A stretch of DNA of 64,000 bases, taken from Proteromonas lacertae. Its lineage: Eukaryota. Location of the stretch: positions 1-64,000 of the forward strand of contig NGBS01000296.1 in NCBI GenBank assembly GCA_002245135.1. Direction: 5' to 3'. Of the stretch, positions 1 through 9,300 are shown piece after piece; the stretch's first letter is position 1; each line of letters starts with the position of its first letter. The position numbers were made by a program, and so were the translations under genes. The notes under the pieces are model-generated. The model made no database searches, had not been told where the DNA came from, and worked only from the letters and a program-made list of their open reading frames with translations.

Positions 1-706
1 ATTCTATAGTATTTACTCTAGCAAAAGTAAGACCACTTTGAGGATGATTTGAATCATCTTCTGATATTTGTGTAAATATATTTTCCAGTATAGTTTGTAT
101 TTCACCTACAGTAGACATTTTTGTTATTTCACATAGTCTACTACGACTAAATATAGAAACTTCATCATCACTGTCAGTAGACTCATCAGGTATATAAATT
201 GAACGTACAATAAAGAAAAATTTTATCATATTCATAGTATCAGCTAGTTCATGTAATATATCTTTGATATCACTATTATTAACAAAATCATGATAACATT
301 GTTGTGGTGTACTGTAATTTCTATTATTATAATTGAAAACCCATTTCCTGGTAACACCTTGAGATGATTTATCAACTTCTCTAGCATCACGTATTCTATC
401 ATTAAATCTTTGATTTTGGTTAGGTTTTGGTAGGGAAGAAGGCATTAATCCACCAAAGAATGTATCACTGATTATTGGTATATCATTATTATATCTTTTT
501 TTATTTTGAATAGCATCTGTACTAAATAATGGCGCTAATCTTCGTTTTGGAGCTTCTTCTGGTGGTGTGGGTAGAGGTGGTGGTGGTTCATCTATATGTT
601 TATGTTTATGATGATGGCGATGCTTATGCTTATGATGTTTATTTTTATTAAAAGTTTGTTCTAGAAGTTTAAAAAATGCTTTTAAAAGCTTTTTATGTTT
701 GCTCAT
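1..706 (-). CDS. Partial ORF running off the left edge; probable N-terminal region of a Maverick/Polinton protein-primed DNA polymerase B
   Basis: Hand translation from ATG at 706 is open to base 1: MSKHKKLLKAFF...KFFFIVRSIY...IFSRSRLCEIT...ILENIFTQISEDDSNHPQSGLTFARVNTIE. The end resembles the 'SGWxxxRIxxLxI' segment preceding the exonuclease domain of Polinton PolBs. Catalytic motifs are not in the window. Confidence 0.55.
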   Translation of the reverse strand, partial: MSKHKKLLKAFFKLLEQTFNKNKHHKHKHRHHHKHKHIDEPPPPLPTPPEEAPKRRLAPLFSTDAIQNKKRYNNDIPIISDTFFGGLMPSSLPKPNQNQRFNDRIRDAREVDKSSQGVTRKWVFNYNNRNYSTPQQCYHDFVNNSDIKDILHELADTMNMIKFFFIVRSIYIPDESTDSDDEVSIFSRSRLCEITKMSTVGEIQTILENIFTQISEDDSNHPQSGLTFARVNTIE

Positions 707-751
707 TATATAGACAGAATTCGCGAAATAAATCAAAAATGGAAATATGAA

Positions 752-781
752 ATTTGATTGGTCGGATGATTTGATTGGTCG
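752..781 (+). promoter_or_regulatory. Tandem ATTTGATTGGTCG (reverse CCAAT box) in the divergent promoter of the element
   Basis: 13-bp direct repeat at 752-764 and 769-781, between divergent ATGs at 706 and 867. Confidence 0.5.
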
Positions 782-866
782 ACTTTAAAAATAAAAAGAA
801 ATTTTCATTTTCATTTTTCTTGACATTTTTTAATCATTTTTTATTTTCATCTCTCCCTTATATAAA

Positions 867-1634
867 ATGAGTAACGAAACACCCTATGAAGCTACAGATG
901 TAGAATTCAGTGATTACTACAAGAATCCAAAGTTATGTAACAAGTGGATTATTAAAGGAACTGTTGAGAGTATTACAGTTAAGCCTACTAAAACTAGTCA
1001 ATATGTATTGATTACTTTTGTTCATGATTTGGATCATAAAGTTGTAATTAATAATGGAAGAGATTTTGAAACATATTCAGCTGATGAAGTGAAATATGTA
1101 TTGAAACAAATTTATGATAGAAACGAGAATGACTTTATAGAAAAAATCATTCGTGGATATTTGATTAGTGTAGGATGTAGAGAACCTCAACATGGTATTA
1201 AATACTTCCACAATTTCAATTCTATTATGATATGGGATAATAGTAACTATAGAGTTCCATCTGATGTTGATGTTGGTAGTAAAATTGCTGTAAGTGTTGT
1301 TGATAATCAAATCTCTATTAAGAGTAATGGTACTCAAAACTTTGTTAATCATAGAGTTTGTAGTGATATTGTTGGTTATGATGAAAATCCTGATTTAGCT
1401 ACAACTATTAGAAGAAGTAATGAGAAGAAAATTAAGAAAGAACAAGCTAATCAAAACAAATTTGTTTCACCTCCAAGAATTAAGAGAACTAAGATAGAAG
1501 ATAGTGATTTAATTAGTACTCGTAGACCATTCCCTGCTAAGAAAGTAATTAGTAATGGTTTTATTAGTGCTGCTAAGTCTATTAACTTTGGTAACGCTTT
1601 AAGTGATAAGGATTTGGGAGAGGTAGAAGAATGA
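867..1634 (+). CDS. Element ORF, possible OB-fold (ssDNA-binding-like) protein
   Basis: 255-aa ORF with beta-strand pattern WIIKGTVESITVK...YVLITF...IMIWD...VGSKIAVS and an acidic tail (DLGEVEE); divergent from the polB-like ORF. The fold call is inference. Confidence 0.5.
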   Translation: MSNETPYEATDVEFSDYYKNPKLCNKWIIKGTVESITVKPTKTSQYVLITFVHDLDHKVVINNGRDFETYSADEVKYVLKQIYDRNENDFIEKIIRGYLISVGCREPQHGIKYFHNFNSIMIWDNSNYRVPSDVDVGSKIAVSVVDNQISIKSNGTQNFVNHRVCSDIVGYDENPDLATTIRRSNEKKIKKEQANQNKFVSPPRIKRTKIEDSDLISTRRPFPAKKVISNGFISAAKSINFGNALSDKDLGEVEE

Positions 1635-1701
1635 TTTAATTATATTTTAATTCATTAATTCTTTAAATATATATCATTCATATTTTTTATATATTGTTTG
1701 A

Positions 1702-2862
1702 ATGTCACTACAAGATAAAATAAATGAGTTATACAAAACATATGGTTATTTAAACAAACGAGACTTTATTAATTTCTCTGTAAATGAACTTGAGAATAAC
1801 TTTAAAAAATCTGACATTAAAAAAGCTAGTAGTGAACTTGTAGAGTCTAAACCAGATTATCAAATCACTGCAACTAAAAGGAATAGAATTAAATATGAAA
1901 TTGAAAAGTTACCTGGGTCATATCAAATAGATTTGGTGTTTTTCAACAATACAAAAGTTCCATTTTTGTTAATTATAGAAGTTGTTAGTCGTAAGTGTTG
2001 GATATATTATGTTAAATCTAAATCAGAAAATGATGTATATCCAGTGTTTGAAAAATGGTTTTATCAGGGTATGCAACCTAAGGATGAAAACGCTCGTTTT
2101 GTAGGAAGTATATTGTCAGATGAAGAGTCTGGTATTATCTATGGTAAGAAATTTTTAGATTTGTTTAACAAAAATCATATACGATTTATACTTAAAGAAC
2201 GTAATGAACATAATATAATGAAAATATTGGATCGATGTGTGAGAACTATTAAAGATATGTTTTATAGAAAAATTAATACATTTTCTGATGAAGAATTTGA
2301 TAAAATTAACAATATTGAATCATTGTGTAATATAGTATATACTGTTGTAGATGATTACAATGCAAAACCACATTCTGCACTCAATAATCTAACTCCAAAT
2401 GAAGTATTCAATGATTTTGAAGTCCAAGATAGATTGTATAAAGAATCCCATGCTAGAAACTTAAAGAAGCGTAAAAGTGATACTCATTTTAAAGCTGATG
2501 ATTATGTCAGAATAAAGGAACGTAGAGATAACAAACTTCAAAAAACTACTTATTATACTGATAAAGTATACCAAATACACAAAGTTGGTCCGTTTTCATA
2601 TTCTGTTAAGAACTTGGATGGAACAATACCTAAAGAATTCAATCCTAGAGATATAGGTTCATATAGATTCAAATCTCATGAAATTAAAAGAGTACCAGTT
2701 AATAGTATTACAACAAATGGCAAGTTTAGATTAAGACAAATTCATAGTATAAATAATGAAGCACAACCTATAGAACCAGATATTCAACCAGTACCAGAAG
2801 GTAGAAAAAGTAGATATGGTAGAGTATATAAGAAAAATTCGCTATTTAATGATTTCGTATAA
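1702..2862 (+). CDS. Retroviral-like (rve) integrase of Maverick/Polinton type
   Basis: GSYQIDLVF, LLIIEVVSRKCW, ILSDEESG, ILDRCVRTIK, YNAKPHSAL..TPNEV, plus a C-terminal SH3-like FKADDYVRI...YQIHKV...YSVKNLDG. Confidence 0.9.
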   Translation: MSLQDKINELYKTYGYLNKRDFINFSVNELENNFKKSDIKKASSELVESKPDYQITATKRNRIKYEIEKLPGSYQIDLVFFNNTKVPFLLIIEVVSRKCWIYYVKSKSENDVYPVFEKWFYQGMQPKDENARFVGSILSDEESGIIYGKKFLDLFNKNHIRFILKERNEHNIMKILDRCVRTIKDMFYRKINTFSDEEFDKINNIESLCNIVYTVVDDYNAKPHSALNNLTPNEVFNDFEVQDRLYKESHARNLKKRKSDTHFKADDYVRIKERRDNKLQKTTYYTDKVYQIHKVGPFSYSVKNLDGTIPKEFNPRDIGSYRFKSHEIKRVPVNSITTNGKFRLRQIHSINNEAQPIEPDIQPVPEGRKSRYGRVYKKNSLFNDFV

Positions 2863-3000
2863 TTTTTATGTTTTTTATTTATGTTATTTTTTTACATATT
2901 AAACAAACACCAATTTTTATCAAAGTAATGAATTCAAAGTGCTTTTTCAAGTATATGGATTAAAGCATAAACCAGACAAATTTAAAGTATATATTAATAC

Positions 3001-4167
3001 TTATAAGTTCTTCATTATCTTCTCAAACTCTTCAGCTTTCTTTCTTTTCTCTTCTTCTATTCTCTTCTTAAACTCTTCTTCCATCTTCTTTTCTAATTCA
3101 TCGTTTTCTTTTTTCATCTTTTCTTCCATTTGTCTCTTTTGTTCTAATACCCATTTCTTTCTTAACTCTTCTTGTTGTCTCATATTCTCTTCTTCTTGAA
3201 GCATTCTAATAACGACTAATTCTTCTTTTCTTTTCTTTTCTGCTTCTTCTTGTTTTCTTTTTCTCTCTGCTTCTTCTTGTACTTTTCTAACTCTTTCTTC
3301 TTCTTGTTGTTTTTTCTTTTTTTCTTCATCTTCTTGTTTCTTTCTCTCTGCATCTTGATGTTTAATTTTCTCTTCTATCTCTTTTTGTTTTTCTTCATCT
3401 TTTTTAGTTAATTCAGCATTAAAATATTTCAATTCAGCATCCAGCATATCAATATCAGTAACATCAAGAAGTGTAGTATCAGACCTTGGTGACATTGGAG
3501 GTGTAAAGGTAGGACTTTGGCTACTTAATAAATCATCAGCAGATGTTCTTGATTCAGTATCTTTCACAATTATACCCATTGGTTCATCAACAAAATCAGA
3601 ATCCTTAACAATCTTTCTTTTCTTTAAATGAATTAATTCATCATCACTATCAATAACTGCTTTTGTTTTAGGTTTCTTTACAGTATCAGTTCTTCTTTTA
3701 TAAACTCTTTTAGGTTTTTGAGGTACAGTTGGTGGTGGTGGTTCTTGTTGTTGTTGTTGTTTTAACTGAGGTTGAATAAAAGGTTTAATCGGTTTTACAT
3801 TTGGTTTTACTATACTCTTCATCTCATCGTCACTAAAGTATAAATTCATATACTCATTTTGATCTAATGTCTCTAGATGTTTAATGGGAATTAACTTCTG
3901 ATTATCAAACTTACATGAAAAGCAATAATAAACTGCTGTAGCTGACTTCTCTAATTCGATATAGTTGAATTGTGGTGGATTTTGTTTCTTCTTTGATTTT
4001 TTGCTGTCATCATAAGCCAAACTTTGAATATACATTTCGTCGCAAAATGTCTTTAAATGCTGGATGTTACGACTCACTTTCTGATAGAACTCATAAGCCT
4101 GTCCCTTTAATGGAAGCTGGGAGCATAATTCTGAATTGGTTGGTTGTTTGACTCTGTCTGCTGGCAT
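3001..4167 (-). CDS. Element orphan protein with Pro/Gln-rich linker and long E/K/R-rich helical C-terminus
   Basis: 388-aa intronless ORF; no family recognised. Confidence 0.7.
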   Translation of the reverse strand: MPADRVKQPTNSELCSQLPLKGQAYEFYQKVSRNIQHLKTFCDEMYIQSLAYDDSKKSKKKQNPPQFNYIELEKSATAVYYCFSCKFDNQKLIPIKHLETLDQNEYMNLYFSDDEMKSIVKPNVKPIKPFIQPQLKQQQQQEPPPPTVPQKPKRVYKRRTDTVKKPKTKAVIDSDDELIHLKKRKIVKDSDFVDEPMGIIVKDTESRTSADDLLSSQSPTFTPPMSPRSDTTLLDVTDIDMLDAELKYFNAELTKKDEEKQKEIEEKIKHQDAERKKQEDEEKKKKQQEEERVRKVQEEAERKRKQEEAEKKRKEELVVIRMLQEEENMRQQEELRKKWVLEQKRQMEEKMKKENDELEKKMEEEFKKRIEEEKRKKAEEFEKIMKNL

Positions 4168-4346
4168 TTTTGATTGAATGATTGAATAATTAATTTTCTA
4201 TTAAAGTAAAAAAATGAAAAAAATAAAATACTGAAAATGAGTAAGAAAAGTGTGAATGAAAAAAACGGTTTTTCTTTATGTAATATTTAAGGGGGTACAA
4301 AAAATAACTTTCAAAAATCAAATACGAAAAAAGTCTATATATAAAA

Positions 4347-4730
4347 TTAAATATTTATGATTGGTTTTTGAATTTCAATCTCAGGTTTATTAATAGGAAT
4401 AATTTCTATTTCTGTTTCTAATTGCTCTTCATCTTCATTATCACTAACATTTCTAGAATTTATTCTACTATTTTCAGGTGTTAAAGTAAATGGAATAGCA
4501 GAAACAATAGTAGATTTTCTTAATGCTAATTGAACAGCAGGTTCTGGCTCAGCTAATATTTCACTTAATTCTGGAGGACAGGCTTTATGATAACACCACG
4601 CACATATTCTCTTGCATTTATAAAGAACCCATAGAACTACACAACCTAATAAAATATACAGTTCTTGTTTCAAACCATTTAAAGTATCTTTCATATCACC
4701 TAACATAACTATAGATGTATTATATGGCAT
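4347..4730 (-). CDS. Element small single-pass membrane protein
   Basis: 127 aa; hydrophobic LYILLGCVVLWVLY followed by KCKRICAWCYHKAC. Confidence 0.6.
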   Translation of the reverse strand: MPYNTSIVMLGDMKDTLNGLKQELYILLGCVVLWVLYKCKRICAWCYHKACPPELSEILAEPEPAVQLALRKSTIVSAIPFTLTPENSRINSRNVSDNEDEEQLETEIEIIPINKPEIEIQKPIINI

Positions 4731-4794
4731 ATTATGTGAAATTATTTATATATAAAAACGCATAGAAATATAAAAATGAATTTTAAACCAAAAG

Positions 4795-5382
4795 TTAATT
4801 AATTATACAAGTAGGTGATGTAGTTAGATCTACTGTAGCTACCCCCGGGATAGAACTTGTAGATGTTTCTACTTTAGCAATATCTACCTTTGGTCGACCC
4901 TCGGCGGTAGAACTACTCTCTACTTTACGCTTCTTATCTTCTCCACTATTATCACTTCCTTTCTTTACTTCTTCATATCTTCTCTTCTTCTTATTTCTAC
5001 ACTCTGTACAAGATTTATAGAATACACCTTCACTCTTATAACCAAATTCATCATTAGCTTTCTTCTTACCACAAGTACTGCATATCTGTGAATCTGGATC
5101 TGACTTTGTTATATCCTTTCTTTTTTTAGATTTAGATTCACTTTGTTTTTCTTCCTTCACTTTTTCTTCTTCTTCCATTGTTATATCAATATCATCACCT
5201 GGTTGTTCACTCCATTCTGGATCATCTTCATACTCTTCAATCACAGAATACATACCATCCAACATATCCTTAAATACTTTAATGATTAATGATTTTACTT
5301 CAGATATATCATTCTCATACATTTCACCTTTTTGTAAGTGTTCTTCAATATTAGCATCCAATTCGTTTTGTATATCACTCAT
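4795..5382 (-). CDS. Element protein with acidic N-terminus and C4 zinc finger
   Basis: CSTCGKKK..DEF...FYKSCTECRNKKKRR (CxxC...CxxC followed by a basic stretch). Confidence 0.7.
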   Translation of the reverse strand: MSDIQNELDANIEEHLQKGEMYENDISEVKSLIIKVFKDMLDGMYSVIEEYEDDPEWSEQPGDDIDITMEEEEKVKEEKQSESKSKKRKDITKSDPDSQICSTCGKKKANDEFGYKSEGVFYKSCTECRNKKKRRYEEVKKGSDNSGEDKKRKVESSSTAEGRPKVDIAKVETSTSSIPGVATVDLTTSPTCIIN

Positions 5383-5509
5383 TTTAATTTATGTAGATTA
5401 TTTCAAAAATCGCAAGAAATTTATGAATGAAAAGAATTATGTAATATTATGTTTATTTCTATTCAACCAATCAAAAAACAAAATTCAATTAAAACCAATG
5501 ATTTAAGAA

Positions 5510-5863
5510 TTAGTTATGAAATCTTAGTCTTTCTTCAATGATGTTTTTTTCATCAATACCATAACGCTTTAACATCTTTGTTTTTCTGCGCTCTTCTTCA
5601 GGATCAATCCATTTTCTAGGGCGTATAGTTGCTTGTGCTACTCTAGTTGGTTTATGAATTGCACGCCATTCTTCATACTTTCTGTCATCCTCATCAGCTG
5701 TATCAGAAGTATACCACATTACTACTGGAGGTGATGGCGGTGGTGGTTGAGCTACTATTCTAGCTACTTCACTTTCAATGATTGCATAGATTCTTTCAAA
5801 TTCTTCATCTTCTCGCTTATTTCTATCTTCTATATTAACATTCTCGATCCAAATTCTTGACAT
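5510..5863 (-). CDS. Element orphan protein (polyproline, charged)
   Basis: ATG at 5863 (MSRIWIENV...) is in frame with the longer ORF-track call. Confidence 0.55.
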   Translation of the reverse strand: MSRIWIENVNIEDRNKREDEEFERIYAIIESEVARIVAQPPPPSPPVVMWYTSDTADEDDRKYEEWRAIHKPTRVAQATIRPRKWIDPEEERRKTKMLKRYGIDEKNIIEERLRFHN

Positions 5864-6005
5864 TCTTTTGAAATTATGATTGATAAATAACAATAAGAAA
5901 AAGTTAAATGAAATTATATACAAAAAACAAAAGAAAAAATTTTAACCCATAAAATTACTCATACACTAAAATATATAAAGAAATTTAAACTCAACACTTG
6001 CTCCA

Positions 6006-6123
6006 GTATAACCCGTACCAAAAACTAATTTACACTCAAATCGCTTATTCTTACCTGTAGAAGGCACCTAAGAATAGTCTGGTACGGGTTACCCACCTAC
6101 AGTGATATTCTTACGGTTATACA
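6006..6123. repeat. Nested short inverted/direct repeats, probable terminus (TIR end) of the element
   Basis: TAACCCGTACCA 6009-6020 pairs with TGGTACGGGTTA 6080-6091. TATTCTTA at 6046-6053 and 6106-6113 pairs with TAAGAATA 6069-6076. CTGTAG 6055-6060 pairs with CTACAG 6097-6102. GTATAACC 6006-6013 pairs with GGTTATAC 6115-6122. Confidence 0.65.
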
Positions 6124-6318
6124 TATATAGAATTTTTGTTTTATTGAAGTGTTATTGAGAAAAAAAAGTAATGCCAAAATATTAGTATTAAGTGAATAAT
6201 ATTTTCACATTATGCAGTGTAATAACTCTACTACAATCAATTTAACTGTAAATATCATATATAGGGATGTTAAGATGAATGTAACGAACTGAAACGACTA
6301 TATTTAAATTATTTTAAA

Positions 6319-9300
6319 ATGAGTTTTGATGTTAGGCATATTATAATCTTCACATTATTTATTCCATTTATAATTTCTTACAGTGTAGATATTTATTGTC
6401 CTTTATCATCTCAGTTTAAGTCAGACTGTGCCAATTTTTTCTCAAAGACGTATTTGAAGGTAGAAAATATTTCATTAAATATAATATCAAATGAGGCTGA
6501 TATACAAAACAAAATTGTGATTGATTTGGATGGATCACTGCTATCTGATCAGACTAAGGGTTTTGTCATTTTTAAACCAGTTTTCACTTATGATTATATA
6601 TGTGACAATCTAATATATTACTCTTCTAGCATCACAAAGTCAGTAATTAATCGTATTTTGTTTTTTATTAATTATTTATAGTAATTGAAATGCTATATAA
6701 GGAAAGACGAAAAGAATATATTATATTAAGTGAAAATAAAGCAGAAAAATTCAAAGAATCGTTAGTTAGTTACTTGAATCTTCTTAATTTATCCAAATTG
6801 AAAGTGATTCAAACAGATGATCCATCTAGTGTTGATATTATAAACCAAATTCCAACTATTGCAAATCCAAATGAAGTGTCAATGTTGCTATTTTATAGTA
6901 AACCATCAATAATAACATCATTTTTAAGTAAGGCAGAAATAACCGCTTTAAAGAATGATGGTGTAAAAATCATCTCATTTGGAGTTATTGATGAATTTAC
7001 TACTGTTTCAAATAAAGCAGTATATGAGAATACGTATTCAGTTAATGGTTATTTCCAATCATTACAAGATCAAAAAGATTCATTTAATATTGATAATGAT
7101 GTTTATTTCATATCGTATATATTATTATTATTATTATTATTATTATTAGATATGTGATGTTGAAGTATTTAGATAGTTCATTTGTAGGTAGTAATATATT
7201 GAATTCACAATCATTTATTAGCTTAAAAGGAAGTCATTTTAATGTTATTTACAATAATGTTCAATATTCAATGAGCGAATCAAATGTTATACAAAGGACA
7301 ATGTATATTGGAAAAATAGATAGTGATGGTAAAGTAAACGACATAATTGATCTTTATTCAAATACATATGATAATAATCCATATACATTGTTTACTGATA
7401 GAAATTTTACTATTTGTAAAGATTCAGAGTTGGTTAATGATGATAATAATGTAGTGAGAATTGGATTTATTAGTTCTTTGACATTTAAAGATAGATATGT
7501 ATATGAAGTATATCGTGGAATGTTATTTTCGTTTAATGATTATCAACAAATTGTATTTTTATTTCATATTTTTCTATATATTGTTTAGAAATCAAATCCA
7601 AATAAAAGAGTATTGATGATTCTTCCTCCAATTAGTCAATTAGAAGATCAGATCGAATATTTAGTAAAGAATCATGTCTCTATTATTGTTTATTTCATGT
7701 ATACTGATATGTACGATTATATTAAGAATTGTATAATTGTTGATATATATTTATATATTTGAATAGTATTAAAAGATAAAAGTATTTTCGTAATAACATT
7801 TGGTTATAATTCAGGTCAGAATTGCATTATTAATACAGCACACGTTGGTTTAACACTTCCATCTGAGTTTACTTATTTAGAAATAATTCATACAAACACA
7901 AAATTATATCTGATATACTCCATTACAAGATATGGTTTTGAGAGTTATAATTATATAAAGAGATGTAGTGAAAATACAAATTTAGAGTTAATAGGTGGAT
8001 GTTCTGTTGATAAATCAAACTTGACAAACTGTTTGACTCAATTACAATCAGTATCAGGTGATTATATTGTATTAACAACATTAGGAAGTGAATTGAACAA
8101 GTTATTTATTAATAGTTACAGTCTTTCAAAAGATGTTATTATGTTGGATGTAATAATTGATGATTATGAAAGTATTAGTGGAATTAGTAGTAAAAATATT
8201 TATGCAATAACTCAATTAACACCTTATACAGTAGAACAATCGAAATTGTTGTTTAATAAATATGAAATGACATTTTACGAGTATTATAGCTCAATAACTG
8301 GTGAATTATTATCCATTCTATTTTCATTATCTGTTAAAGTAACTTCAGATACATTTTATTCAATGATTAATCATATATCAGAATCAACAATTCAATTTTC
8401 AAAACAACATTTTATCAGCGATTCTCTTTATTATGTTAAATTATTAGATAATGGTAAATATGAAAAGGATAGAATAGAATATTATAATATGTATCAACAA
8501 CCATTTGATTATTTCTATCTTTCTAATCATACTTATATATACTGTGACTGGAATAGTAGTGATTATTTAGGCCATTATCAAATTAAGTATATAATTATAA
8601 TAAATCCGCAAGTTTTTGGCTTACAAAGTTATTTAGATGCTGTAGTCGATCGATTAGAGTTTATTCATCATTTACCATACAAATTCAGGATATTTTCAAT
8701 GGATATTGATATATCAAATGAAATTAATTTTATGAGTAAAATTGAAGAGTTGATAACAACATACCATCCACTATTTTTAGGTGGGAAAACATCAAAAGAA
8801 AGGAAAATGATTAATAGAGTAATTACTGATATAGAAAAAATACATAAAGAAGAAGTAGAAGGTGTATTTCTATTTCATATATATCCTTATAATACAGATG
8901 AATGTTATACAAAAGTATTTCATTTGAACAGTCATATTTATATAAAGATATATGATAGTTTATATTATTTCATTAATAGAGGAGGAAAGAATTTTTATAT
9001 CATTAAAGATGAAGTAGATGAGGAAGAAAAGTATTATTTGGATAAACAGATGATAAGAATGAATGAAATATATAAATATTTGAATATTCACTTTAGTGTT
9101 ATTTATGTAAATAAAGACAAGATTGTTGATGATATTAAAGATATTAAACCAGATAATAATGATGTTGTGTATATCTATTTCAATAAACTAAATGTATCTG
9201 ATATACTGAATGAATTTCAAAACAAAGGTATTAATTCATCAAATTGTGATATAATCCTGTTGAATTATTTTAATCAGAATTTTTACAATTCAACAGAATA

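Larger units (their letters stand above)
1..6123. mobile_element. Right arm of a Maverick/Polinton-like integrated DNA virus/transposon (left part lies outside the window)
   Basis: Retroviral-type integrase (1702-2862), probable pPolB N-terminus (1-706) and tightly packed intronless ORFs, in contrast to intron-bearing host genes from 6319. Repeat-rich terminus ends in ...ACA at 6101 or 6123. No capsid, ATPase or protease gene is visible in the window. Confidence 0.75.

Noticed and set aside
2939..3199. Short antisense or overlapping ORFs in the track (e.g. 2939-3199, 23983-24273, 37681-38178)
   Set aside because: Shadow frames of real genes with biased, low-complexity composition.
7114..7150. 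(TAT)n and (TA)n microsatellites (also 38888-38910, 53360-53395)
   Set aside because: They lie inside AT-rich introns and are ordinary slippage repeats.
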